Source: Octopus vulgaris (lineage: Eukaryota). Taken from it: a stretch of 64,000 nt of DNA. The translations under genes were made by a program, and so were the position numbers. Below, in pieces: positions 14,964 through 29,463 of this stretch (its first letter is position 1; each line of letters starts with the position of its first letter). The stretch lies in contig OX597836.1 in assembly GCA_951406725.2 (NCBI GenBank), forward strand, positions 3,968,001 to 4,032,000. The letters are read 5' to 3'. The notes under the pieces were generated by a model. That model was not told the DNA's origin, searched no databases, and saw only the letters and a list, made by a program, of their open reading frames with translations.

Positions 14964-15004
14964 CATATATACGAGAGGCTTCTTTCAGTTTCCATCTACC
15001 AAAT
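14709..15004 (-). mobile_element. SINE family A 3' part (left arm of palindrome)
   Basis: Reverse complement of the family A 3' half, truncated at ...ctaccaaat. Confidence 0.92.
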
Positions 15005-15074
15005 CTGCTATAGCCCCGGGCCGACCAATGCCTTGTGAGTGGATTTGGTAGACGGAAACTGAAAGAAGCCTGTC

Positions 15075-15129
<55 letters not shown>

Positions 15130-15361
15130 CATGAGTGTGTGTTTGTGTGTTTGTGTTTATCCCCCTAGCATTGCTTGACAACCGATGCTGGTGCGTTTAC
15201 ATCCCCGTCACTTAGCGGTTCGGCAAAAAGAGACCGATAGAATAAGTACTGGGTTTACAAAGAATAAGTCCCGGCGTCGATTTGCCCGACTAAAGGCGGT
15301 GCTCCAGCATGGCCGCAGTCAAATGACTGAAACAAGTAAAAGAGTAAAAAGAGTAAAAGAG
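15005..15361 (+). mobile_element. SINE family A, 5'-truncated (right arm of palindrome)
   Basis: Runs from ctgctatagccccgggccgacc to the (gagtaaaa)n tail. Confidence 0.92.
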
Positions 15362-15362
15362 A

Positions 15363-15413
<51 letters not shown>

Positions 15414-17292
15414 ATACTTGACGTTCGTAATATTTCAGCTGTAGATTGCTGCACTCTGGAATTATGGAAAATGAATCCCACCGTATTCATAAAACATAGT
15501 TTGGCATCTAGATCAATGATATCACCGTGCCTCATTAAAATTGATAAAATAAGAATATGCAAGTAATTCTTTACACCTGTTTCTAGAATAGTTTCGCAGG
15601 TCTCTTCGCGTTGACCGCACCACTGCAATTAAGTAGCAACTTAATGTATTGTCTGAAGGATTGCTTTTAAATCTCTCCTTTGTGACCAACTATGATATGG
15701 TTAACCGTCACAGAGAATATTATACCATTTGATGAAGTGCTGGTTTTAGGAAAGCAATAGTCTCTGTGACAGTTGAACGTATACCGTCTGATGGAGTATT
15801 TGACAGTTGTTCTTAAAGTGTTATTTCTTAAGATGAAACATTTCCTAGTCTCACGGAAATATAGGTTTTAAAAAGAAAAAAAAAATCTTTGAGCACTTTC
15901 AGTCGTCGAGTTGAGATGTACGTTGTTCAGTTCTTGAAAGTCTTCTATTACAGAAAGAGTTAGAAAGAGGGAGAGAGAGAGAGAGAAAGAGAAAGAGAGA
16001 GATAGAAATACAGGGAGAGAGAAAAGAGAGAGAGAGAGAGAAGAGAAAGAGAGAGAGCAAGAGAGACAGAGGGGGAGAGGGAGAGGGAAAGGAGAGACAG
16101 ACATACAGACAGAGAGAAACAAACAGTTATATACATACATATACTCACAAATATATATGGAGTGAGAGAAAGAAAATGAGAAAGAGAGAGAGAGAGAGAG
16201 ACTGAGAGAGAAAGAGGGGGTGGGTGAGGGGCAGAAATGAGATGGAGGAAGCTGATTTTTGTGGTTAGTTTATATGTTTAAAGAGAACAACCTCTGATCA
16301 AATTTCACCTAATATGTCTTGGCGTAAACGACTTGGCTTTCGAAAATATATAAAAGAACAATAGGAATTCAATAAAAAAAGATACAAAGAAACATTACTA
16401 CAGAATATCTTGAACAGATTCTTGCTAACATATTCTTTCCAATTACATTTTTTTTATATTACTTCTATTTTATGTTCTTGCTTTTTTTTCAGAAATGTCT
16501 TGTAAAAATTCATGTCTGAAGAAGAGAACCTAAACAACAAAAAATCACACACACACACACACACACACGCACACATACATATAGATCATAATAATTATTA
16601 TATGAATATAAATCAGACAAGTTCGATTTGTTATTAAAGATTATGACGTACACAAAATCATTCAATTATATTTGGCACCGTTCCTGTAACTTGAGACGAT
16701 TTTTATTCCTAATTCTTCAAGTTATTGCTAATCAATTCTTGTGTGGATTTTTTTGAAAGAATCATCTGTTTAATATATTCTTTGTGAATGATAAAAATCA
16801 ATTATAATATTCCAGCATGTTTAGCTTTAATGATTTCGATTTTCTCTTCTAACGTCCAGTTAGCAGGGTTTGTAAACTTGGATGCCAGCGCGGATCCATG
16901 CATAGGAGAGACGTAAGGGCTGCAAGAATGAATTAGAAGCATGGCTTGCACACATGGGTTGCAAACTGAAGCAGAAGTAAGGGTCCAAAGCAGAGCAAAG
17001 GGATGAAGGACTTACTTCTTTGACTATTATATCTTAGGGTTTCAATCCCATCATACGCTAAATCGTGCCCGTGTAAATTTTTACATTGACGTGGGTCGAA
17101 CCAAAAATTGGGGATTGTGATTTGGTTGACGAAATCTGTGTAGAAACTCGTCTTCGTCGGTGTTCTTCTTCTTGGGTGAGGGTCTTCATGCATCGCTTGG
17201 GATAGCACATCGCACTTCCAGTTCCTTGGTATGCTTTTAACAAATTCCACGTTCTTGTAAATATGAGGAATTACGATCTTCGGTGTTGGGAA

Positions 17293-17377
17293 AATAATTA
17301 TTATTGTTCAGGTCACTGCATCGAACTCGGAATCTTGGGGTTAGTAGCCAGCACTCTTAACCACTACGCCATATGCA
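17293..17377 (-). mobile_element. Very short tRNA-derived SINE with AAT tail
   Basis: Reverse strand gcatatggcgtagtggttaagagtgctggctactaaccccaagattccgagttcga...aataataat: A- and B-box-like motifs, no intact acceptor stem. Confidence 0.65.
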
Positions 17378-18045
17378 TTTCAACAGAGACCAACTGAATG
17401 TTTGCGGGAAGATCAGGTAAAGATGACGGCGACTACCTGGTCACAGCGTGCACCACTCTCAACTGGAAGCTTCCACATCAGTCACGTAGAAGCCACTTCA
17501 TGGTGATGCAAAAAATAAAGAAAGCGTCGTTACCTCGGCAACTTGATTGCAGACACTGGCTTGGAATGTATTCAGGACTTCGAGGCAGTGATGATGAATT
17601 AAGAAGCGTGGCAGGTAGAGAACTTTGATGCTGGGGTTCGAGTTTGAACCCGAACATATTAATAATTTCAGAAGAAATAAATTACGTAAAAGTTTACCAA
17701 GTATATAGAAATGAGCACACACTACAACCACGTGACTGCACTTTCCAAGCAAGCCGTTGGTTTTCTATGAAGCAATACGCAGTAACGACATGTAAATAAC
17801 GGAGAATTGAATATGTCTTAAACCAAAGATCTTATTAGAAGAATACATAACAGAAAATGAAGTGCCGTCTCCCTAAAGTATACAGTATCGGATATCCGAC
17901 AAGTTTCCAGAGATCTTCGGAAGCAGGAAATTTCCTGGCGTTGACAACTTTTACTGAGATGTGTAGGTCTGCTAGTGGTTTGTTATTGGACATATTTCAC
18001 TGCTAAATTCCATGTTTTGAATACGTTAACACTAAGTTATCTGTA

Positions 18046-18127
<82 letters not shown>

Positions 18128-19005
18128 ATCTAATCTAGTCTATGTTGTCGCGTATGGAACGAATCCGATTGTCAGTCGAGTATTGCCCTGCCACGTTCCT
18201 TTAACTGGGAATGCAAGGCGGTTTGCGTCGTACTGGTGGCTATGGTGAAAGAATGTGTGTGCGGTGGACTTGTTTAAAATGTTTAGAGTCAAACACTTTC
18301 CTCTCCAGCCAATCTCTCATCAACTTTTTCGAGTATCACTTGAAAAGGAAGGTAGGAGTAGAGAGGGAAGTTATTGTCTAATAAAAGATTCAATAAAAGG
18401 TGGGTGAATGTAGCAAAAATGACACGCATGAATGACGGAACCACTTTGAGTGTTAACCCGTAAAACAAACAAAGAAAGAAAGAAAGAGAGAGAGAGGGCA
18501 CTTTGTTTGCATAGAATTTTCCTTTTGGCGCGGTTACTGTGATTATTTTTAATAGGTTTTTCCTTCCACGGATAATTCTATGTCAGTGTCAAAATTTCTC
18601 TTCCATTTGGGAATTCATATGGTTAAAAAACGTCACCTTGTTATCTATTTGTGCACACGCACCCTGCCAAAACTTCTTTTTTTCAATCCCTTTTGATCGA
18701 TTTCGAAAAAGAAAAATTCTACATTGTTTTGTCCCCTCTGTGTTAAGCTCTGTTTGGCAAAATGATCTCGCTCTCTCTCTCTCTCTCTCTCTCTTTATCT
18801 ATCTATCTCTTTCCCTGTTTCATTACGTAATAAAAGTTATTTCTACTAAACATTTTAATATTCCTTGCATGTAGTATATTAGAACTATCTTAACACAGCT
18901 TGATTAATATATTCATATTGTGAGCTCAGACGCCATAGAAATATCAAATTTCACAGTGAAAATACGGCGTTCGATAAAATAAATAAAAAATTAGCAGTAA
19001 ATATG

Positions 19006-19410
19006 TAGGCGCAGGAGTGGCTGTGTGGTAAGTAGCTTGCTTACCAACCACATGGTTTCGAGTTCAGTCGCACTGCGTGGCATCTTGGGCAAGTGTCTTC
19101 TGCTATAGCCCCGGGCCGACCAAAGCCTTGTGAGTGGATTTGTTAGACGGAAACTGAAAGAAGCCTGTCGTGTATATGTATATATATATATATGTGCGTG
19201 TATGTGTTTGTGTGTCTGTGTTTGTCCCCCTAGCATTGCTTGACAACCGATGTTGGTGTATTTACGTCCCCGTCACCTAGCGGTTCGGCAAAAGAGACCG
19301 ATAAATAAGTACTGGGCTTACAAAGAATAAGTCCCGGGTTCGATTTGCTCGACTAAAGGCGGTGCTCCAGCATGGCCGCAGTCAAATGACTGAAACAAGT
19401 AAAAGAGAGA
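19006..19410 (+). mobile_element. SINE family A, full-length young copy (tRNA head, internal TA/TG microsatellite)
   Basis: taggcgcaggagtggctgtgtggtaag (A box), ggtttcgagttcagtc (B box), tail aaacaagtaaaagag. Confidence 0.93.
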
Positions 19411-19884
19411 AAGAGAGAGAGAGTGAGAGAGGGATTCGATACCTCGACCACGAGAATTCTGACTGTATTTTGGTCACGCTGCACTTTAATTACTTGTCGG
19501 GAGCCATTATTTTCTCAGTAACATTTATGTAGCTGTGTATTGGCTATTACCAAGTCTTGAGATACCCAATATATATCTTAACCAGCTCTTATCTCATTCT
19601 TCTTACACACACACTCACACTCAGACACACACACACACATACACAGATAGATGAATATATGTCTATGAACGAATATATACTCAGATAGATGAATGCATGT
19701 CTATAAACGAGTGTATATATATACGCGTACATATCCACGAGTATGCCTATATTTTTGGCGTAAGGTTTATGTGTATGCGCTAAAAGAAGCATATGTATAT
19801 ACATGTATATGTATGTATGCCTGTATACACACACTGTGTATACACGTATATGTATGTATACACACAATATATGTGTACAGGAAA

Positions 19885-19928
<44 letters not shown>

Positions 19929-20259
19929 TTATACAGTTATATACGTTCAGCACACACGTATACATGTAAGTATACATTTATATATATATATATATATATA
20001 TATATGCATGTATGTTTGCATGCGTTTGTGTATGTGCATACATTTACATAGCGCATGTGTAAGCGAACGAGGCAAAGGCAAAAAAATAAAAGAAAGATGG
20101 CGGATATGTAATCATCTCAATGCAAGTTTAAAAGAAATACATGATTGCTAGTATGGTGAAGTAGTGTCCAACACGAAACATTAGAATTTTCTTCTACTCC
20201 CAGTCCTCATATATTATCCAATTATATATATATATATATATATATACATATATATACGT

Positions 20260-20319
<60 letters not shown>

Positions 20320-20321
20320 GA

Positions 20322-20640
20322 GGGTAAATAAAACTACAAAAATTGTATCTGGTTTCGGCAGAAGCAGGCCACGTCTAGTTCTTTCAAGTTTTCTAATCTC
20401 CCGGTTCTCGTCTTTCGTCTCTCCTCCGAATTCCAAATCTTTAGCTATGCAATCATGACACACTACTATATCATTCTCAGATTTCCATAATAGGTATGTT
20501 GAAATCGTACAGAGAATGGTAATAGAACAAATAGTTATTCTGTGGATAATAACAGCAAAGTTGGTTGTAATTTCTGCGAGCATTGCAGCTGCTGTGTTCC
20601 CGCCATGGCGACCGCTTAAAATAAACTTTTGGAAACAAAG
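20322..20640 (-). repeat. 319-bp inverted duplicate, copy 2
   Basis: About 98% identical to 7600-7918 in the opposite orientation. Confidence 0.95.
20445..20493 (+). other. Candidate 49-nt exon inside duplicate copy 2
   Basis: Branch-like ttctaat, pyrimidine tract, tctttag acceptor and TAG|GTATGT donor. Confidence 0.3.
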
Positions 20641-20671
20641 AAATAACGAAAAACAACACAAACTAAATCTT

Positions 20672-20905
20672 GTATCTTTTACTTGTTTGAGACGTTTGAC
20701 TGCGGCCATGGTGGGGCACCCCGTGCAAAATTTTACTCCACGGAATCGATCTTACTACTTTGATTTATTTTAACCCTGGTAGTTATCCTATCGTTGTATT
20801 TTGCCGAACCGCTAACTTACGGGGACGTAAACACACCAACAGCCGTTGTCAAGCGTTGATGGTTGGTGTTGGTGGGGGGTTTGGCAAACACAGACACAAA
20901 GACAT

Positions 20906-20943
<38 letters not shown>

Positions 20944-21085
20944 ATGTATGATGGGCTTCATTCAGTATCCCCCTGTCGAATTCCCTCGCAAGATTTTGCT
21001 CAGCCCTTGGCACGCAGTGGGACTGAACCTAGAGCCATGTATTTATGAAACAGATATCTTATCACACAGCAATTCCTGCGCCTAC
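20672..21085 (-). mobile_element. SINE family A, old diverged copy
   Basis: ttttacttgttt...gactgcggccatg...cacgcagtgggactgaacc...cctgcgccta. Confidence 0.82.
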
Positions 21086-22361
21086 AAGGACAAGTATGAA
21101 ACTTAAATGACACACCAAGCGCCTTGACTATTATTAGCACTAAGCTTACACTAGTATATAAGTAACTACTAAGTTCAATCCACTGCTATGTCCAACTGAA
21201 ATTATTTAATACGGAAAACACCAGAAATATTCATCAGAAGCGCCAAAAGTACGAATCTTCTTACAAATTTGGTGCAAAAATGGAGAATCTACATGTATGT
21301 GTGTGTGTGTGCGTGTGTGTGCGTACGTGGGTTTGTGTGTCTGTGTATATTTGTGAGATTATATGTGTGTGTATCTGTGTGTTCGCGCGTGTGTTTGTGT
21401 ATATGTGTATGTGTATATGTGTGTGTATATATATGTGTGAGCGTGCGTGTGTGTATGTATGTGTGCGTGCGTGTGTTTGTGTGTGAGTGTATGTGAGTGT
21501 GTTCGTATTTGTGCGTGTGCCTCTGTGTGTGTGTGTGTGGGGGGTTTCATTCAGAAGACATTAATTAAATATTCCTCTGATTACAACACAGTGTTCAAGA
21601 TAAATAGCTTACTGAGTAATTTCTACATGAGTTTCGCTGTACATCAGAGAAATGAAAATTAAAAGACTCGCTGACCGCGTGTGGAATGTCCTTTATAGGC
21701 TCGGGTCCACCAGGCCTGGATTGGACTTAGAAAATGATACTGGTCAACAATTTTTGAAAAGTTGTGTGCTTCTTAAATGAGATTGGTTTATTCACAAGTA
21801 TTTTTATGCACTGAATCCAAATATAACCTGCAAAAAGGCTTATTTGCTATAGATTGAACGAGAAGCTGTATGTAATATTTGATTCACGTACAATACGTGT
21901 CATCACAAGTTTTAAACTCTAATCCATATCTACTCTCTACATTTTCGCTTGACGCTTAAAATGGGCCGAAGCATCATCTCTTGCCAATGTCCACCAATAG
22001 TGAACATTGGCACTTTTGTTAGTGCGGTAAGAAACGCACAGCCACAATTGTGTTGGAACCCGTTGTGACAAGTAGGTGTATCTTGAAGAGCCGACCGCAC
22101 ACATACGCGCGCACGCATGTGACCTGCAGGGAGTTAAGTACAAAAAAAGAGACAGATAGTGCTTGGCATCAAATCATAAAAGATTTACACAGAAGAGAAT
22201 ATAGAAATATAGAGATACAGTAGAGAACCAAGAAAATCCAGAAAGTTCATGACGATTCCTCATAGGCACGTCTATATATATGCATATATATGTATACACA
22301 CATACGTGAAGCTACAAACACACATGCGTTCATATATATACACAGACATGTATACATATAC

Positions 22362-22410
<49 letters not shown>

Positions 22411-22442
22411 TATATGAATATATATATATATATACATACATT

Positions 22443-22495
<53 letters not shown>

Positions 22496-22642
22496 CACAT
22501 TTCACACCGAGAAAGTACAAATTCTCGCAGTGACTGACAATTTTAATCTCCATCATAAATTTGCCAGTAAAATATGCACTCTATATGTACATATTTAGTT
22601 CCCTATCCCCTCGGGATAGGCATATTCGGTAATGTACTTACA

Positions 22643-22723
<81 letters not shown>

Positions 22724-22948
22724 ATCCATCTGTCTGTCTGTCAACATGCCAGCCTACCTACCTACCTACCTACATACCTACATACCTACTTACATACCTA
22801 CATACCTACCTACATACCTACCTACCTACCTACCTACCTACCTACCTACCTACCTAACTACCTACCTAAATACATACCTACCTACCTACCTACCTACCTA
22901 CCTACCTACCTACCTACCTACCTTCCTACCTACCTAAGTATGTACCTT

Positions 22949-23003
<55 letters not shown>

Positions 23004-23012
23004 ATCTACCTA
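22643..23012. repeat. Compound tetranucleotide array (TATC)n-(CCTA)n-(TATC)n
   Basis: Seen directly. Confidence 0.95.
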
Positions 23013-23537
23013 GCCGTACATACATATTCGAATGCATAACATTTAACGCGAGTTAGTCATGGCTGGAATCCGTGTAATCATAGGTTTGCTTCATTAGGGT
23101 CTCCTTGGTGGCTAAACGAAAACAATCGTCAACAACACTAACACCACCACCACCAACAACAACAACAGCAAGAACAACAACAACAACAACAACAACATCA
23201 GCCTAATAAAAATCAATAGCAATATAATTGTAACGACGACAGACAATAAATTCAACAACAACTGCAGTAATTTTGATGACGCCACCATAACAACAACAAC
23301 AACAACAACACCAACGACATCAGCAACAACAGTAAATACTTCAACGTAATAAAATGTAGAACAAAAGGAGGCGAACAACAACAACAACGAGAAAAATGAT
23401 AACATTTAGAGCAGCACCAATAAAAATTCAATCAATACAATCAGTCTGGGTTTAAGCTGTTATTTGATTAATTAAGTATAATTATTAAATTGATTAGGAT
23501 TGTTTTCATATGTATGGTGTTTAGAATTAGAGGAAAA

Positions 23538-23604
<67 letters not shown>

Positions 23605-23653
23605 GTATATATATGTATATATATGACTATTTATCTATAATTATATACATATA

Positions 23654-23695
<42 letters not shown>

Positions 23696-23882
23696 TTTAC
23701 ATTTATATATATGTAGAGAGTGAAAGATAGATAGATTCATATATGTACATATATGAATATATATGTGTTTATATATGTATGTTTATATATATGTGTATAT
23801 ATATATTGTGTGTATATATATAATTGTGTATATATGTATATATACATATATATATATATGTAAATACATATATATATGCGTT

Positions 23883-23939
<57 letters not shown>

Positions 23940-24379
23940 CACACATACGCACCAACACCCACACATCCACACACACATATATGTATGTATCGGCTGTGTG
24001 AGTGTGATTATGTCTGTACAAATTAGAATGTCGAAACAAAGCCGTTTAATAAAGCATATAATTTCATTAGCATTTACATTTCGCTTCTTTTAAATTTTCG
24101 ACCGTAAAAATGGCCTTTTCAAAAATCAATGTTGTACACAAATTTGTATGTTTTTTTTTTTATCTTTCTTGTCGAACCCCGAAGGCCAACAAAAATATTC
24201 AATAATTACTGCAGCTCCATGACAAACTTTCTACCAATCAGACGAGCCGACATTATTTGGCATTGTTCACTATCAGCTCATTTACTGCGTAGGTGAACAG
24301 TTTTGTTTTCAGATATTTCAAAGACGGCAAAAAATATAAGTTGTATAAAGCAGATATATTACCTCAAATCCTTTCGATG

Positions 24380-24640
24380 TTGTAAATTGTATTTTTTCAA
24401 AGTGTTGTATGAAGAAAACATGGAGAGAATATTGATGATAGCATGGACAGAGGAAGTCTCTCGTGAAGAAATGACGATCCGTGTTGCGGTAAATTGGAAA
24501 CTGTTAACGTTGGATATGGGGCCAAGCAACTGGGATTTCTTGGTCCTGTAATGAAGAGGACCTGGAGGATTCAGTGATGACCGAAACAATTGAAGATTCA
24601 CTTTTGTACACAGAACAGTTATGCGACATTTTAAACTGAA
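24380..24640 (+). mobile_element. RTE-type LINE ORF fragment (post-RT region)
   Basis: ERILMIAWTEEVSREEM resembles the RRMLRISWTEKVSNEEV motif. Confidence 0.6.
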
Positions 24641-25440
24641 GACTAGCAGATTGTAACATATCCATGAAATTCCAACGTGTGTGAATTGTAAAATAAACTG
24701 TGGATACGCGTGACTGCGTGATAAATGGTTTCTTTCCCAACCACACGGTTCTGAGTTCAGTCCCAGAACCATGTGGAAAAAAAAAAGCAATGGACTCGAT
24801 TCATTCGACTAAAAGTCTTCAAGGCTATGCCCCAGCATGGCCGCAGTCTAATGACTAGAACAAGTAAAAGTAAAGCTAGATAAAAGTAAAGGTAGATAAA
24901 AGTAAAGGTAGAAAAACTATTGAACGAGGATCATTAAAAATGTATGGCGATAATAAATGGAAGCAATCACAAGGGGCGGGAATTGAAATAGAATTTATTT
25001 CTAAATTTCCAGCTGACGCAACTTGAGATATGAATCTCTGACAAAGCAAAGATTTAGAAGGAAAGATCGTTTGTATTTTTGTTTTAATTATTTTTATGTA
25101 ATTAAGATTGTAAACATGGAAACGTGCCAGTGACTAAATAAATGCGGTATGAAAGTTGGTGTTGGAGGTAAACACATTCTACGGAGTTAATACAGAAATG
25201 CTGAATGGTATAAAATCAAACAGTGTTTGGGAATAATATCTAAATAGAAATATATGGCTGTGTGGGTAAGAAGCTTGCTTTGCCACGACGTGGTTTCAGG
25301 TTCAATCTCACTGCACGGCACTCTGAATATGTGCCTCTTACTGTAGCACCGGAACGACCAATATTCTGTGAGTGACTTTAAACGACAGAAAGAGTATAGA
25401 AGTTTCTTTTACATATGAAATGTATATATATATATATATA

Positions 25441-25650
25441 GTTAATCCAAACAAGAAAACACAGGAAAAAAGAGAAAAAAAAAACACAGCAACGCAGGAC
25501 GTGGAACAATTAAAGAATTATTGACGCTCAGGAAAGAAGGGAAGGAGGGTTTAACGTTTCGAGCGGAGCTCTTCGTCGGAAAAAGGAGAAGGAAAGATCC
25601 CAAGAAGGGAAGACAGAGGAAAAAATATTTGAGCTGGTGGTGCTCAAGAG
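25441..25650 (-). mobile_element. Penelope-like terminal fragment, family P1, with hammerhead-like core
   Basis: Reverse strand CCGACGA-A-GAGC-TCC-GCTC-GAAACGTT; second copy at 53761-53970. Confidence 0.6.
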
Positions 25651-25677
25651 ATCACATATATATACACATATATATAT

Positions 25678-26030
25678 TACATCGACCCCATTGCGTAACT
25701 GTTACTTAATTAATCGACCCCGAAAGGATGAAAGGCAAAGTCGACCTCGGCGGAATTTGAACTCAGAATGTAAAGACAGACGAAATACCTATTTCTATTT
25801 CTTTACTACCCACAAGGGGCTAAGCACAGAAGGGACGAACAAGGAGAGTCAAACGGATTAAGTCGATTACATCGACCCCAGTGCGTAACTGGTACTTAAT
25901 TTATCGACCCCGAAAGGATGAAAGGCAAAGTCGACCTCGGTGGAATTTGAACTTAGAACGTAACGGCAGTCGAACTACGGCTACACATTTCGCCCGGCGT
26001 GCTAACGATTCTGCCAGCTCCCCGCCACCG
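25678..26030 (-). mobile_element. Two tandem SINE family B copies (one partial, one full)
   Basis: Core atcgaccccgaaaggatgaaaggcaaagtcgacctcgg occurs twice. Confidence 0.88.
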
Positions 26031-26588
26031 TTGATGCAAGATTTGACATCAGGAACACGTTCAGACAAAGCTAGAGAACGTCGTAAATTTCATTTTGCCG
26101 AACATAAACCACCGCCAAATTTGTTTCAGAACCTCTAAAAGTCAGTCATTACTATCGAATGATACACGCAACACACACACACACTCACACACACACACAC
26201 ACGCAGAAGCACATAAGAACACAAACATATATGAGTACACCCCCCACACACATACACATACAAAAATAAGCGTTACTGTCAGACAGTACACATGCATATC
26301 TATAGATCTATAGGTAATAATAATGGTAGATCAATATTTAAAGCTATCGATTTTTCACTTGCAGATAAATACAAAGAAACTTCATGCGCACACACACGCA
26401 TCGCATATATATCTATGATTTATATGTGTATATATCCGTCTCACCCTCCAACCATCCATCCATCCATATATATATATATATATATATATATCTATATATA
26501 TATATATATACTATATATATATATATATACGATATATATATATAGATAGATATATACATACACATATATGCATTTATATCTATGTATG

Positions 26589-26625
<37 letters not shown>

Positions 26626-27363
26626 GTGCGTGTGTGTATATGTGTGTATATATGTATGTGTTTCTATATACTTATATTTACGATTATAATTTTTATAGTT
26701 TCCTGATATCAAAATGTTACAAAACACACATATATACACCAACACAAAACGCACACATTCATACACACACATGTACACACGAACACACAGTCTCCCTCAC
26801 TTAAACAAACACACACACATACACACACCCACATGATTACAGTTGATTTGTTTTGGTCTAATATTTTTTTCCCACAAATTTTAAATTTGTACTGAAGAAT
26901 TACCAGGAATAGTAAATAAGATTTTAAGAAACCTTACTATTTTTGCGCTTCTGTGAAAGAATTTTAAGTCCTAGAAAATCAGACCTTCAAATATATGTTA
27001 TGTACATATATATGTGTGTCTATGCGTGTGTGTGTCTGTGTGAGAGAGAGAAAGAGAGAGAGTATGTGTGTGTGTATGTGTGAGTGTGTGTGAGTGTGTA
27101 AGTATATGTTTTTACATTTTTTTTTCTACTCGTTTGTGTGTATATATACATGTGTGTGGTGCTTGTGTGTGTGAATATACATAAGTACATATTTGTGTAT
27201 GGATATATATTTTCTGCATATATATATACACGTGTGTATGTATATATACATATGTATTTATGTATATGTATATATGAATGCTTATACACCCTCACACACA
27301 CACATACGCACCCAGACACTCACACAAACATATACATAAACCTAGTATAGAAAGGAAGGAGTC

Positions 27364-27452
<89 letters not shown>

Positions 27453-28049
27453 TACAACCACCACACCACTACCACCAGCACCACTATAGTACTACTGATG
27501 ATGATGAGGATGAGGAGGAGAATGAAAATGAGCAGAATATGTTTGCCTACAAAAACAAGAAGAATAAGATCCACAATACTACAACTATTAAAATAATAGA
27601 ATTAAACAATGATGCTGATAACAATAAACAACAATAATACTGACAATAATATTAAGAAGAAGAATAATGATAACAATAAATGCTACTCAGAAAAGAAACT
27701 TATGAATTCAAATGGAGATAAGGTGGAAAATTTATAAGAATACTTATTCCTGAAAGTTGAGACAACGTACACTTGTTTAAAGACAGTTAGAACGTAAAGA
27801 TTTTGCGCATTAATCCGTGAACTAATCCTATTAGGCTAAGCCTGTTGGAGGACACCGAAGGAATAACAAATATATATATAAAGGGATGGTGGGCGGGGTG
27901 AGTGAAAGTAAGCGCACACCGAAAACTAAAACATATTTGGAGGAGGATTATGGGAAGTAATGTGCGGGAGGTGAAAGGGAAAAAGAAAAAGAAAGAATGA
28001 AAAGGATTCGGAAGGTGGTTGAGCAATCCGTTGTATATGTATATAGATA

Positions 28050-28352
28050 TGGTGAGTCTGCGTGGTGTAGTGGTTAGGGTGTTGCACTCACAATTGTGAT
28101 TGCGAGACCATGGGTTCGATTTCAGAGTCGGGTGTTGCGGTGTGTTCCTGAGCAAAGCACTTCATTTCACGTTGCTCCGTGATCATTTCGTCGTCTCCCA
28201 TGTGGCACCCAGTTGCACCTGTGCAGGAAATATCAATATGATGGACGGAAAGAGCTTATGTCTACACAAACATTTGACCACTAAGAACAATAATACCTGT
28301 TCGGTAACTGTTGAATCTTCATGCGTCTTCTAACGTCGGGAGAATCCACCAT
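28050..28352 (+). mobile_element. tRNA-derived SINE related to family C, diverged
   Basis: gtggtgtagtggttagggtgttg...gggttcgatttc...gagcaaagcacttcatttcacgttgctcc. Confidence 0.65.
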
Positions 28353-28407
<55 letters not shown>

Positions 28408-28412
<5 letters not shown>

Positions 28413-28580
28413 GAATTTGCAAAAACAAAAATACAAAAGATGAAGACAGGTGTGTAAATAACAAACAGTTGTATTAGTTTAACGCTCGGGAAGTGAGAAA
28501 TTCATTTACGTTTCGAGCCTACGCTCATCGACAGAAGGGAACAGAAATAAACAGGGAAGAAAATAAAAATGGTTTAGGGG
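28408..28580 (-). mobile_element. Penelope-like terminal fragment, family P2, abutting (TA)n
   Basis: Reverse strand CTGTCGA-T-GAGC-GTAG-GCTC-GAAACGTA; homologous to copies at 44200, 45445 and 49022. Confidence 0.6.
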
Positions 28581-28644
<64 letters not shown>

Positions 28645-29117
28645 TTACATATTTATATACATATTTATATACGTACGTGTGCATATATGTGTATGTGTGT
28701 GTATGTGTGTATGTTTTTTTTGTGTGTGTATGTGCGTATATGTGTGTGCGTTTGTGTGTGCTTGCAGTGTGTGTGTGTGTGTGTGTAGGTATGGGAAGCA
28801 TGTTGTGTGAAAGAGAATGAGGCAAAGCAGCGAGTTGCTTTATGAGAGAATTGCTTCTCAATCAAGGATACAAAACAAGTACCTAGTGGCAAATGATAGA
28901 AAATCACAAGGTAGGGGAGATAATTTCAAGTAATTAAGAACGACTTGGAAAGAAAATTGAATTCTCATGCTTTCGGGGGAAAATATGAAATTTGGGAGAA
29001 GGTGAAGGAACTGGAATTGTTGTTCTTCTACACATACAGACACACACTATGCAAGAGTACGCATGCTCATACACGCACACCTACATAAATATTTAATTAG
29101 ACACAAACATACACATA

Positions 29118-29150
<33 letters not shown>

Positions 29151-29181
29151 TCGTATATATATATATATATTTATGTATATG

Positions 29182-29266
<85 letters not shown>

Positions 29267-29365
29267 TAATATATATACATATAATGATATATATACATAA
29301 ACATACACCCACACATACAGATATATTCTTCCATACATATTGATATGTATATTGCATGCATAGAC

Positions 29366-29416
<51 letters not shown>

Positions 29417-29418
29417 TA

Positions 29419-29463
<45 letters not shown>

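Noticed and set aside
17293-17377. Functional tRNA gene
   Set aside because: T-arm and acceptor stem are incomplete and it has an AAT tail; SINE-like
20317-20340. TACGAGGG mariner-like terminus making the duplicate pair a giant transposon's TIRs
   Set aside because: The motif is absent in copy 1 and would face inward, the wrong orientation for TIRs; a transposon origin of the core is not fully excluded
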